From NCBI GenBank assembly GCA_043807785.1, contig JAZDFO010000068.1, positions 1-44,344 of the forward strand: a stretch of 44,344 nucleotides of DNA. The letters are read 5' to 3'. Both the position numbers and the translations under genes were made by a program. Below, in pieces: positions 9,488 to 16,666 of the stretch; position 1 is the stretch's first letter; each line of letters starts with the position of its first letter. This stretch comes from Candidatus Micrarchaeota archaeon. Its GTDB lineage: Archaea > Micrarchaeota > Micrarchaeia > Norongarragalinales > SBBD01. The notes below the pieces were generated by a model. It ran no database searches and was not told the origin of the DNA. It saw only the letters and a program-made list of their open reading frames with translations.

Positions 9488-9799
9488 CTAGAATAGTTTC
9501 TTCTTGGCCTTCTTTTTCTTGATGGGCTTGGCCTCGCGCTCGGTGTCGGGGAGCATGAGGTGGTCCGTTATGCGAACCGGCCCCTTGACGTTGCGGCGGA
9601 TGACGCGGCCCTTGTCGCGGCCTTCGAGAATCCTTGCCATGACCTGCGTGATTTCGCCAAACACCCCGGTCCGGCCGGCGATTTCCACGACTTCAGCGAG
9701 ATAGCCGGTCTGGTCGGGCTTGACGTACTCGTCTTTCTTGTCCTGCGGCGCGTTTGCCACCGGCAGCTTGTTTATCTTGGTGCCCTTGACTGCTCCCAT
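9488..9799 (-). CDS. rps28e: 30S ribosomal protein S28e with an N-terminal extension and Lys-rich C-terminus
   Basis: Core [49 protein letters not shown]. 103 aa in total. Tail [13 protein letters not shown]. Confidence 0.9.
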   Translation of the reverse strand: MGAVKGTKINKLPVANAPQDKKDEYVKPDQTGYLAEVVEIAGRTGVFGEITQVMARILEGRDKGRVIRRNVKGPVRITDHLMLPDTEREAKPIKKKKAKKKLF

Positions 9800-9820
9800 C
9801 AGAGATTCACTTTAGGAAAT

Positions 9821-10414
9821 TTACGCCTTGGCCTCCTGCGCCTTTGCTGCAACAGGCTGTTGTGCCGCCTTCTCGGCAGGCTTTTCTACCGCCTTCTCTT
9901 GCGCCTTTTCGGCCGGCTTGTCCTCCTTCTTTTCTGCCGGCTTGTCCTTCTTGGGCTTGGCTGCCTTGTCTGCAGCAGCCTTGTCGGCCTTCTTCTTCTC
10001 CTTGGCTTCCTTGACGGTCGCCGGCCGGTCCTCGGTCTTGAACTCGTACTTTGCGGCCATCTTGGAAGCGATGTCCTTGATGGTCTGCTCGTTTGCGGCG
10101 TTGCCTGCCTTGGTCACGGCAATCGCGCTCGAGCCCACGTTGAGCCCTGCTGCCTTGCCCAGGCTGACCTTGCTGGAAACGTAAACATACGGGACCTTCT
10201 TTTCAGAGCACAGCTGGGGGAGGTGCATGACGATTTCGGGCGGGTCGACGTCTTCTGCGATGACCACCAGGGATGCTTCGCCGCGCTCGACTGCCTTGGT
10301 GCACTCGTTGGTGCCCTTGCGAACGCCGTTGGCGGCGCGCGCGGCCTCGATTGCCTCGAGGGCCTTCTTCTGCACGTCTGCAGGAGTCTCAAACTTGACG
10401 TGTATGGATGCCAT
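9821..10414 (-). CDS. rpl7ae: 50S ribosomal protein L7Ae with a ~75-aa Lys/Ala/Glu/Pro-rich C-terminal extension
   Basis: Core VRKGTNECTKAVERGEASLVVIAEDVDPPEIVMHLPQLCSEKKVPYVYVSSKVSLGKAAG. The tail contains KPAEK-type repeats. First gene of the conserved L7Ae-S28e-L24e order. Confidence 0.92.
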   Translation of the reverse strand: MASIHVKFETPADVQKKALEAIEAARAANGVRKGTNECTKAVERGEASLVVIAEDVDPPEIVMHLPQLCSEKKVPYVYVSSKVSLGKAAGLNVGSSAIAVTKAGNAANEQTIKDIASKMAAKYEFKTEDRPATVKEAKEKKKADKAAADKAAKPKKDKPAEKKEDKPAEKAQEKAVEKPAEKAAQQPVAAKAQEAKA

Positions 10415-10418
10415 GATA

Positions 10419-10443
10419 CAATCTCACCTTCGTTCATCGATTG
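10419..10443 (-). promoter_or_regulatory. Kink-turn (K-loop) in the rpl7ae 5' UTR enclosing the Shine-Dalgarno sequence
   Basis: Minus-strand RNA: CAAUC-GAU-GA-A-CGAAGG-U-GA-GAUUG. It has a 5-bp C-stem (CAAUC/GAUUG, with C-G at the -1 position), a 3-nt bulge (GAU), and tandem G.A/A.G pairs. The SD GAAGGUGA lies inside the element, and the AUG is 4 nt after it. Confidence 0.55.
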
Positions 10444-10539
10444 CGTGAACAAATAAGCGGAACATTCTTGTGCGAGCCAAGCTTTAAATACGTTTGGAGG
10501 GCAGTTCTTTAAATTGGCCCTTGACTTTGACGGAAATTT

Positions 10540-10806
10540 GTGGTTTTGATGGTTCTCTCGGATATCACGGAAATTCTTGGTATAGCGTCCCTTAACTTGA
10601 TTCCCAACCCCAAAAATCCACACCTCTGCAGATATTGCATTCCCGGCATACTCGCGGCTTTATTTGCCTTAATGTTTTTAGCTGGATTGTTTTCAAGCGG
10701 TCCCTCCAGTTTGACGGGAATATTCTTCATTCTCATGCTTGTGATGCTCGTGCTTACCGCTGCCGTTAGGAACAAGCACATAACGAAGCCGGTTAATCGC
10801 CGCTAG
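10540..10806 (+). CDS. Possible small two-TM membrane protein
   Basis: 88-aa ORF with two hydrophobic segments (GILAALFALMFLAGLF, GIFFILMLVMLVLTAAV). No homology recognised. Confidence 0.3.
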   Translation: MVLMVLSDITEILGIASLNLIPNPKNPHLCRYCIPGILAALFALMFLAGLFSSGPSSLTGIFFILMLVMLVLTAAVRNKHITKPVNRR

Positions 10807-10896
10807 GTTTTGGGCGCGTCCTTGAGCATCTCCTTGACCTGGTCGACGGTGACGAATTCCAGGGGGTTGATGCTGTTGAGCACGTAGCGCATCTCC
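10803..10896 (-). pseudogene. 3' remnant of a paralog of the coiled-coil gene at 12471..12845
   Basis: The minus strand encodes ...EMRYVLNSINPLEFVTVDQVKEMLKDAPKT*. The 45-nt stretch 10852..10896 is identical to 12523..12567. No matching upstream coding part is present. Confidence 0.5.
10836..10896. repeat. Dispersed repeat copy A (61 nt; 45-nt identical core)
   Basis: GACCTGGTCgACgGTgACGAATTCCAGGGGGTTGATGCTGTTGAGCACGTAGCGCATCTCC matches 12507..12567. Confidence 0.85.
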
Positions 10897-10909
10897 CGTA
10901 TCCGCTTCC

Positions 10910-11083
10910 CTAGTAAGTAATCACTTCCAGGCTGTCAACCCTTCGGAAGTGCTTCGCATTCGCCGTGATGACGGGCCGCTTTTCCGAGAGCGCGGTGCCG
11001 GCTATCATCGAATCTAGCGCATCGATTTCCGTCCCTCGGCTCCACCGCCTCAGTCGTCGTGCCCTTGTTGTAGCTACCGCCTT
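10910..11083 (-). pseudogene. C-terminal remnant of a PIN-domain (VapC-like) gene, no start codon
   Basis: The minus-strand frame reads ...GTEIDALDSMIAGTALSEKRPVITANAKHFRRVDSLEVITY*, a typical PIN C-terminal third. It begins directly after, and in frame with, the stop of the upstream gene, and has no Met. Confidence 0.5.
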
Positions 11084-11476
11084 TCACGCCAATTCTTTTA
11101 GGACGATGCGTTTTTCCTTTTCCTTGAAGGTGATTTCGTGCCGTTCAAAGAAACCGACGCGACCCAGGATGTTGAAGCTCGTCCCCATCCTGGCAAAACC
11201 GACCCGGGTGTTGAACAGGTTTCCGATTGCCTGCATCCGCAAGTCGAAGAGGAAAATCTCGGCCTTGTCGGATACCGTGGAGAGCGTCATGCGTTCTCCG
11301 CGCATCCACGGGATGCCGATAGCTTCCGCCACCCACGGCTGGAAAATGCTGTAATTGGAGCCCGAATCAACGATTCCGTCGCAGGCGATTTCGTTCGATA
11401 AATGGAAAAGCCTCACAGGTATGGTGGGGTAAAGCCCCTTCCCGTGGTGCCGGTAAGGAAACGATTGTTCGGCCAC
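11084..11476 (-). CDS. Retropepsin-like (clan AA) aspartic protease family protein
   Basis: 130 aa with the GIVDSGSNYSIF active-site-like D-S-G motif and ILGRVGFF near the C-terminus. Confidence 0.7.
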   Translation of the reverse strand: MAEQSFPYRHHGKGLYPTIPVRLFHLSNEIACDGIVDSGSNYSIFQPWVAEAIGIPWMRGERMTLSTVSDKAEIFLFDLRMQAIGNLFNTRVGFARMGTSFNILGRVGFFERHEITFKEKEKRIVLKELA

Positions 11477-11492
11477 GAAGTTCGCCTTGGGT

Positions 11493-11705
11493 TCACAGTA
11501 GGCTGTACGCTTCCTCCGGCAGAGGAATCTTCGTTATCAGTGGATTGCGCAGTCTGACTGCCTGGTTTTTCAGCAATTCTTTCGGGGAATCCGCCACCGC
11601 CAGCACTTTCCCTGCCGTTACGGCCACCCACTTGCCGGCAAGCCCGTCAAGCCGGTTCCCCTGGCGGGCAAGCCATGCGTGCGCGGCAACATGCGAAGCA
11701 GTCAT
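11493..11705 (-). CDS. Small DUF5678-like protein, upstream partner of the retropepsin-like gene
   Basis: 70 aa with GKWVAVTAGKVLAVADSPKELL, the pattern I associate with DUF5678. It ends 16 nt upstream of the protease gene. Confidence 0.5.
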   Translation of the reverse strand: MTASHVAAHAWLARQGNRLDGLAGKWVAVTAGKVLAVADSPKELLKNQAVRLRNPLITKIPLPEEAYSLL

Positions 11706-11803
11706 TTACACCAACCTTAGCATATTCGGGAACGGGCGGTTTTAACCCTTCCGCAGCCGCGTTTCCACTCCGCTGCGTCTCTGCTTCCGAATATTGCCTG
11801 CCA

Positions 11804-11974
11804 TTATCGCCATGTTCTTACCTTGGCTTTTTTCCGCACTTCGGCTACTCCCTTTTTCAACGCTCTTGCCTCCGAATCGGAAAATATTCTGAACGCATTG
11901 AGTGGTGTTGTCTTCTCCAGCGTGGTGCCGGGGATTCTGCCTCTCTTAGTTTGAGCATCAAACCGCGAATTCAT
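11804..11974 (-). CDS. Possible 56-aa small ORF (below the track threshold)
   Basis: The ATG at 11974 is preceded by AAGGGG. Sequence: MNSRFDAQTKRGRIPGTTLEKTTPLNAFRIFSDSEARALKKGVAEVRKKAKVRTWR. Translated by hand; no family recognised. Confidence 0.25.
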   Translation of the reverse strand: MNSRFDAQTKRGRIPGTTLEKTTPLNAFRIFSDSEARALKKGVAEVRKKAKVRTWR

Positions 11975-12189
11975 TCTGTTGCCCCTTGTCTTCTAATACC
12001 TTGCGAGCACCCGGAATGCCCTGCGGTGCTTGGCAAGCATTTCCTTGACCGACCTGTCCACTGCCTTGTCGAATTGCTTTGCCTTTTTAGATGCCTCGCC
12101 TGCTTTTTCCATAATATTCTCCTTCTGGCTATGCCCGCTTCTTCCTTTCGATGCCTGCCGCGCAGTAAATCCGTTCTCTTCAACGGGTT

Positions 12190-12474
12190 TCAATTCACAG
12201 CTATAATATAGCCAAAGAGTATTGCGATGAATATTAGTCCGGCGGCCATCCCAAGCGCATATTCCTTGAACGGAAGCGGGTTGTTTGGCCATGCCTTGTA
12301 TGCCCCCAACCCGACGATGAACACGATTCCAAAAGAGGCGAGAAACGAGCCGCCTGTCGCCGCAAGCATATATCCAGCCCCTGGCAATACGGTCAATAAG
12401 AAGTGAAACAGGATAAAAACCGCAGCGCCCAATGCAAATGCGTTCAATTTGATTGAGGGGCTCATTGTGGTCAC
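12190..12474 (-). CDS. Small integral membrane protein (3 predicted TM helices)
   Basis: 94 aa, hydrophobic throughout. The GTG start overlaps the upstream stop (GTGA). An alternative ATG lies at 12465. Confidence 0.5.
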   Translation of the reverse strand: MTTMSPSIKLNAFALGAAVFILFHFLLTVLPGAGYMLAATGGSFLASFGIVFIVGLGAYKAWPNNPLPFKEYALGMAAGLIFIAILFGYIIAVN

Positions 12475-12845
12475 TTGGGCGGCTCCTTGTCCTTTATCAT
12501 CTCGCGGACCTGGTCTACTGTCACGAATTCCAGGGGGTTGATGCTGTTGAGCACGTAGCGCATCTCCTGGATTTGCTTGCGCAAGTCCTCGAGTTCGGAC
12601 TTGATGGCGGTCGAGTCCGCGGAAGGCGCGCTGGAAGCCGCAGAAGGGGAAGCAGCTGCCCCGCCAGTCCCGCGCGACTCGATTGCCCTGATTTTCTCGT
12701 TCTGCATGACTATGGTCTGGCCGAGGACCTCCTGGTTGTTCTCTATCGTCTTGATCTTCTGCGCAATCAGGCTGATTTTCGAGTCGATTGTCGCAATGTC
12801 GGTTTTCAGCGAGTCGAGCGTCTTGAGCGGCTTTTCAGGCGGCAT
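12471..12845 (-). CDS. Coiled-coil protein of unknown function
   Basis: Track ORF 12471..13085. The ATG at 12845 (MPPEKPLKTLDSLKTDIATIDSKISLIAQKIKTIENNQ) avoids overlap with nac. Heptad-like sequence with an Ala/Ser-rich linker. Confidence 0.55.
   Translation of the reverse strand: MPPEKPLKTLDSLKTDIATIDSKISLIAQKIKTIENNQEVLGQTIVMQNEKIRAIESRGTGGAAASPSAASSAPSADSTAIKSELEDLRKQIQEMRYVLNSINPLEFVTVDQVREMIKDKEPPK
12507..12567. repeat. Dispersed repeat copy B (inside the intact coiled-coil gene)
   Basis: Matches 10836..10896. Confidence 0.85.
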
Positions 12846-12911
12846 AACGGAATAAAAAGGCGGGCGGCTTATAATACTAACTGTTTTCTCCCCATAGAGG
12901 TGGGCTTTTTC

Positions 12912-13301
12912 ATGTTCCCGAAAATGAACCCCAAGCAAATGGCGCAGATGATGCGCCAAATGGGCATTTCCAGCGACGAAATCCCGGCCGAAAAAGTCGT
13001 CATACACAAAAAGGACGGCTCGAAGCTCGAAATCACCAGCCCATCCGTCATGGCCATGGCAATGGGCGGCCAGACGACTTACCAAATCAGCGGCGAGGCA
13101 AAGGAATCCGGCGGCGAGCCAACAGATTCAACGGAATCTCAAGAACCGCTTGACAATTCATCCGCCCAATCCGACTCTCTTGAAGACGACGTCAAGCTTG
13201 TCATGGAACAGGCGAAAGTCTCGCGCGAAACCGCAGCTGCCGCCCTCAAGCGCGCCAACGGAAACATCGCCTCTGCAATCGTCGACGCGCGCGGGGAGTG
13301 A
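12912..13301 (+). CDS. nac: Nascent polypeptide-associated complex protein (NAC + UBA)
   Basis: Track ORF 12453..13301. The ATG at 12912 gives MFPKMNPKQMAQMMRQMGISSDEIPAEKVVI, and the C-terminal UBA-like segment is DDVKLVMEQAKVSRETAAAALKRANGNIASAI. An alternative ATG lies at 12924. Confidence 0.85.
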   Translation: MFPKMNPKQMAQMMRQMGISSDEIPAEKVVIHKKDGSKLEITSPSVMAMAMGGQTTYQISGEAKESGGEPTDSTESQEPLDNSSAQSDSLEDDVKLVMEQAKVSRETAAAALKRANGNIASAIVDARGE

Positions 13302-13331
13302 GCAATTCCCGTGCCCGACTCCCATGATGTT

Positions 13332-13349
13332 ATTGAAATCGACGGCTCG
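13332..13349 (+). repeat. 18-nt direct repeat, upstream copy (decayed duplicate of the rtcA 5' end)
   Basis: ATTGAAATCGACGGCTCG is identical to 13415..13432. It is followed by a G6-CACAT-C6 hairpin at 13358..13374. Confidence 0.8.
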
Positions 13350-13378
13350 ACACCTCTGGGGGGCACATCCCCCCACGC

Positions 13379-14461
13379 GTGTCGCCCCTCCCCCCTGTTG
13401 TTGGTGATACCTTGATTGAAATCGACGGCTCGCTCCACGGTGGCGGCGGGCAAGTGCTGCGCACCGCGCTCTCGCTTTCAGTCGCCCTCCAAAAGCCCTT
13501 CCGAATCACCAACATACGCGCAAGCCGCCCCAACCCCGGGCTGGCAGCACAGCACATCACCGCAGTCCGCGCCTGCGCCGCCATTTCCCGCGCAAAAATG
13601 GAAGGCGATTCCCTTGGTTCGCGCGAGCTGGTGTTTTCCCCCAACGGCATCGTTGCAGGCGATTACTCCTTCGACGTCTCCGCCGTTAATCCCAGCGCCG
13701 GCTCGGCAGTCCTGGTACTGCAGTCAATCCTGCCTCCGCTCCTGTACGCCCCCGGCCGGTCGCGGGTTTCGATTATTGGCGGCACGCACGTTCCATGGAG
13801 CCCCTGCTATGACTACGCTGAAAAAGTATTCCTGCCGGCAATCGCGCGAATAGGCGCCGCCGCCAGCGCGTCATTGCAGCGCAGGGGCTTTTACCCCTCC
13901 GGCGCAGGCAAAATCACCGCGCAAATCGAGCCACTGGACACGGGCCGCGCTCTCTCCCCATTCGTACTGGAGTCCCGCGGAATACTCAAGAGCGTTTCCG
14001 GCGAATCCGTTGCATCTTCCCTGCCGCTCTCGATTGCAGAGCGCCAGAAATCAGCCGCGCTATCAGCCCTGGCCCCCCTGCAGTGCGGCAAGAAAATCTC
14101 GTGCCAACGCGGCGAATCCGCCTCGCCCGGCACGTTCGCATTCTTGGCGGCGGATTACGGCAACACCTGCGAGGGCTTCTTCTCGCTTGGCGCAAAAGGC
14201 AAGAGCGCCGAAGCAGTGGGAAAGGAAGCCGCAGGCGCGCTGTTGAAATTCGATTCGTCGGCGGCAAGCGTCGATGAACACCTCGCCGACCAGCTTCTGG
14301 CATACTGTGCGCTTGCGCAAGGCGAGTCGAAATTCACCGTGCCCGAGGTTACCGCGCACTTCACCGCCAATGCCGAGACTGTAAAGCTCTTCCTTCCGGG
14401 AGTGAAAATCTCGTCGGACGGCATTCATGTGAGCGTTATTGGAGCAGGGTTGTGCCGCTAG
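13379..14461 (+). CDS. rtcA: RNA 3'-terminal phosphate cyclase
   Basis: IEIDGSLHGGGGQVLRTALSLSVALQKPFRITNIRASRPNPGLAAQHITAV. The track start is GTG at 13379. The in-frame TTG at 13412 gives the canonical M-IEIDGS N-terminus and is preceded by GGTGAT. Confidence 0.9.
   Translation: MSPLPPVVGDTLIEIDGSLHGGGGQVLRTALSLSVALQKPFRITNIRASRPNPGLAAQHITAVRACAAISRAKMEGDSLGSRELVFSPNGIVAGDYSFDVSAVNPSAGSAVLVLQSILPPLLYAPGRSRVSIIGGTHVPWSPCYDYAEKVFLPAIARIGAAASASLQRRGFYPSGAGKITAQIEPLDTGRALSPFVLESRGILKSVSGESVASSLPLSIAERQKSAALSALAPLQCGKKISCQRGESASPGTFAFLAADYGNTCEGFFSLGAKGKSAEAVGKEAAGALLKFDSSAASVDEHLADQLLAYCALAQGESKFTVPEVTAHFTANAETVKLFLPGVKISSDGIHVSVIGAGLCR
13415..13432 (+). repeat. 18-nt direct repeat, copy inside the rtcA 5' end
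   Basis: ATTGAAATCGACGGCTCG encodes IEIDGS. Confidence 0.8.
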
Positions 14462-15021
14462 GTGACCCTGATTTCCCGAGTGGTAGAGTTTTCCATCCCG
14501 TCGTTGTCGATGACTTTGAGCGTCACATTGTACAACCCGGCTGCAAAATACTGATGGCTTACGCTCGAGTGCGAAGTGGTGTTGGTCGCCCCGTCCCCGA
14601 ACTCCCAGTGATATGCGGTAATTGTTCCATCCAGGTCGCTTGACGCCGAGTAATAATCGCCTTTCTTAGTGCCCTGGAAAGAATTGTTTGTAAAGTCCAC
14701 TTTCGGCGCGCTTCCCTTGCACCTGCCGCTCTCGCAGCCGAAATCGCATACCCTGCCGCCGCGGTATATGCACTTGCCGCCCACGCACACCCCGGATTGC
14801 AGCAACTGCGTGCGCGTCGGGTCGCTGGCGTTGCACGCGTCCGAACAGTCCACCAAAATGCACTTGCGCACCTCCACAACCCCGCCGGAAGTCTGGTTGC
14901 TTTGGTTGACCGCCGGGTTGAATATGTTTGAAACCGCGAAAAGGCTGACTACCGTGACGAGGAATACCGCAATGCCGGCCAGGAGGATGAACTCGACTGC
15001 CGTGACGCCCCTGCTTTCCAT
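14458..15021 (-). CDS. Class III signal peptide (type IV pilin-like) protein with Cys-rich middle and C-terminal PKD domain
   Basis: N-terminus MESRGVTAVEFILLAGIAVFLV. C-terminus GTITAYHWEFGDGATNTTSHSSVSHQYFAAGLYNVTLKVIDNDG is PKD-like. TTTTTATAG box lies about 27 nt upstream of the ATG. Confidence 0.75.
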   Translation of the reverse strand: MESRGVTAVEFILLAGIAVFLVTVVSLFAVSNIFNPAVNQSNQTSGGVVEVRKCILVDCSDACNASDPTRTQLLQSGVCVGGKCIYRGGRVCDFGCESGRCKGSAPKVDFTNNSFQGTKKGDYYSASSDLDGTITAYHWEFGDGATNTTSHSSVSHQYFAAGLYNVTLKVIDNDGMENSTTREIRVT

Positions 15022-15105
15022 GGCCTGCTTAAACCCTCCCGGCTATAAAAACGCTATCAAGCCGCATCGAATGCTTTTTTAACCGCCGCTTCCTTCTGCC
15101 CCTCC

Positions 15106-15294
15106 ATGGAAAATCGCTCGCAGGGCTCCCTGGAATACATCATGCTCTTAGGCGGCATCCTCCTCATCGTCACCCTCTCGATAGTCATCATCCGCGGAGG
15201 CGTCCTGCCGCAAGCCCAGCACACCATCGACACCAACTACCACGACTACGTCACCATAACCAACACCAGCAACTGCACGCTGGCAGGATGCTGA
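15106..15294 (+). CDS. Small archaeal type IV pilin-like protein (class III signal peptide)
   Basis: MENRSQGSLEYIMLLGGILLIVTLSIVII. 62 aa. The last 18 codons lie in direct repeat DR1. Confidence 0.65.
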   Translation: MENRSQGSLEYIMLLGGILLIVTLSIVIIRGGVLPQAQHTIDTNYHDYVTITNTSNCTLAGC

Positions 15295-15295
15295 C
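15239..15295 (+). repeat. 57-nt direct repeat DR1 (3' end of the pilin gene)
   Basis: ACCACGACTaCGTCaCCATAACCAACACCAGCAACTGCACGCTGGCAGGATGCTGAC matches 16646..16702 at 55 of 57 positions. Confidence 0.9.
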
Positions 15296-15322
15296 CTAAT
15301 GAACCGCACTGCTGACCTAATG
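15289..15322 (+). repeat. Local tandem duplication: 13-mer TGCTGACCTAATG twice with an 8-nt spacer
   Basis: Copies at 15289..15301 and 15310..15322, at the right edge of DR1. Confidence 0.8.
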
Positions 15323-15379
15323 TAAAGCCTGCAACCATGGTTTGCAAAGTTTTATAAAGATGTCAAACTATAGTTTGGT

Positions 15380-16666
15380 ATGCCTGAAAAAGAGCAGCTT
15401 GTGAAAGTAATCGACTTCTGGAAAGCCACCGTTACCAGGGAGCGGCTTTTCGAGCGCGAGCTTGCCAGCGGACTTGACGCCGCAACCAAGGAGGTCGTGG
15501 ATTTGGTTGGCGTGCGCAGGTGTGGGAAATCGTCGATTTTCAAGCTGCTCATCCGGCGCCTCGGCCTGGAGGACAAGGCGTTATTCGTCAATTTTGAAGA
15601 CCCTTATTTCATAGTGCATAATTCCCCCGCGGTCATCGAGGAATTGATTGAGACATACCGCGAATACTACTATTCCGGCTTGGAGTACCTGTTCTTCGAT
15701 GAAATCCAGGCCATATCCGGATGGGAAAAAGCAGTCCGCAAACTCCGCGACTCAGGCGAGTACAGGATATTCGTCACCGGCTCGTCTTCAAAGCTATTGA
15801 GCGGCGAGTTTTCAACCCTCCTTACCGGCAGGCACCTCTCCCATGCCGCGTTCCCCCTGTCATTCCGGGAGTTCCTCGCATTCAAGGGCGTGCAAGCCAC
15901 CGGCAAACGCGACCTGGCGCTCAAAAGCACTGCACTCCTAAAGGCATTTTCCGAGTATCTTGAAAACGGCGGCTTCCCGGAAGTCGTGGTGACCGGCAAC
16001 AAAACCCTCCTCCAGCAGTATTTCAAGGACATCGTCTACAAAGACATCGCAGGCAGGCACGAAGTCCGGCAGACCGACGTGCTGGAAAAGCTCGGCGTGT
16101 TCCTCGTCACGAACTCGGCGCGCACGCTCTCCGCCGGCTCGGTAAGCAAGGCCTTCGGCATCTCGCACGAGTTCGCCTCGTTATACCTGGAATACTTCAA
16201 GGAGGCATTCCTCGTATTCGACCTGCCGCAGTTTTCGTATTCTCTGAAAACCCAGGCCAAAGCCCTCAAGAAATACTATTCAGTCGACACCGGGCTGGCC
16301 AACGCCGTATCCTTCCGGTTCTCGGAAGACAAGGGCCGCATGCTCGAGCAAAGCGTCTTTTTGCACCTTGCGCGCACCGGCGCCGACGCCTACTACTACA
16401 AGACGCGCGCAAACCAGGAAATCGACTTCCTCGTAAAAACGCGCCAAAACCACCGGCAGCTCATCCAAGTCTCCTGGAGCCTGCAAGACACCGATACCCG
16501 CAAGCGCGAGCTCGCCGCCCTCTTTCGGGCAATGGACGAGCTGCGAGCCAAGACCGCGCTCGTTTTGACCTACGACGAGCAAGAAACCATTTCACAAGCC
16601 GGCAAAACCATTACAGTGGCGCCCGCATGGAAATGGATGCTGGAAACCACGACTGCGTCGCCATAA
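15380..16666 (+). CDS. AAA+ ATPase of the archaeal AAA_14/DUF4143 type
   Basis: 428 aa. Walker A GVRRCGKSS, Walker B-like YLFFDEIQ, and the C-terminal DUF4143-like part ending APAWKWML. The 3' end runs into DR2. Confidence 0.85.
   Translation: MPEKEQLVKVIDFWKATVTRERLFERELASGLDAATKEVVDLVGVRRCGKSSIFKLLIRRLGLEDKALFVNFEDPYFIVHNSPAVIEELIETYREYYYSGLEYLFFDEIQAISGWEKAVRKLRDSGEYRIFVTGSSSKLLSGEFSTLLTGRHLSHAAFPLSFREFLAFKGVQATGKRDLALKSTALLKAFSEYLENGGFPEVVVTGNKTLLQQYFKDIVYKDIAGRHEVRQTDVLEKLGVFLVTNSARTLSAGSVSKAFGISHEFASLYLEYFKEAFLVFDLPQFSYSLKTQAKALKKYYSVDTGLANAVSFRFSEDKGRMLEQSVFLHLARTGADAYYYKTRANQEIDFLVKTRQNHRQLIQVSWSLQDTDTRKRELAALFRAMDELRAKTALVLTYDEQETISQAGKTITVAPAWKWMLETTTASP

Noticed and set aside
9560-10456. 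298-aa plus-strand ORF
   Set aside because: It is antisense to rps28e and rpl7ae and is Leu/Arg/Cys/Gly-rich low complexity. The ribosomal genes on the other strand are unambiguous.
10965-11354. 129-aa plus-strand ORF
   Set aside because: It is antisense to the retropepsin-like gene (DSG motif) and the PIN remnant.
12453-12911. 153-codon N-terminal extension of the NAC ORF
   Set aside because: The extension overlaps the coiled-coil gene on the opposite strand and has no NAC similarity. The ATG at 12912 gives a normal-length NAC.
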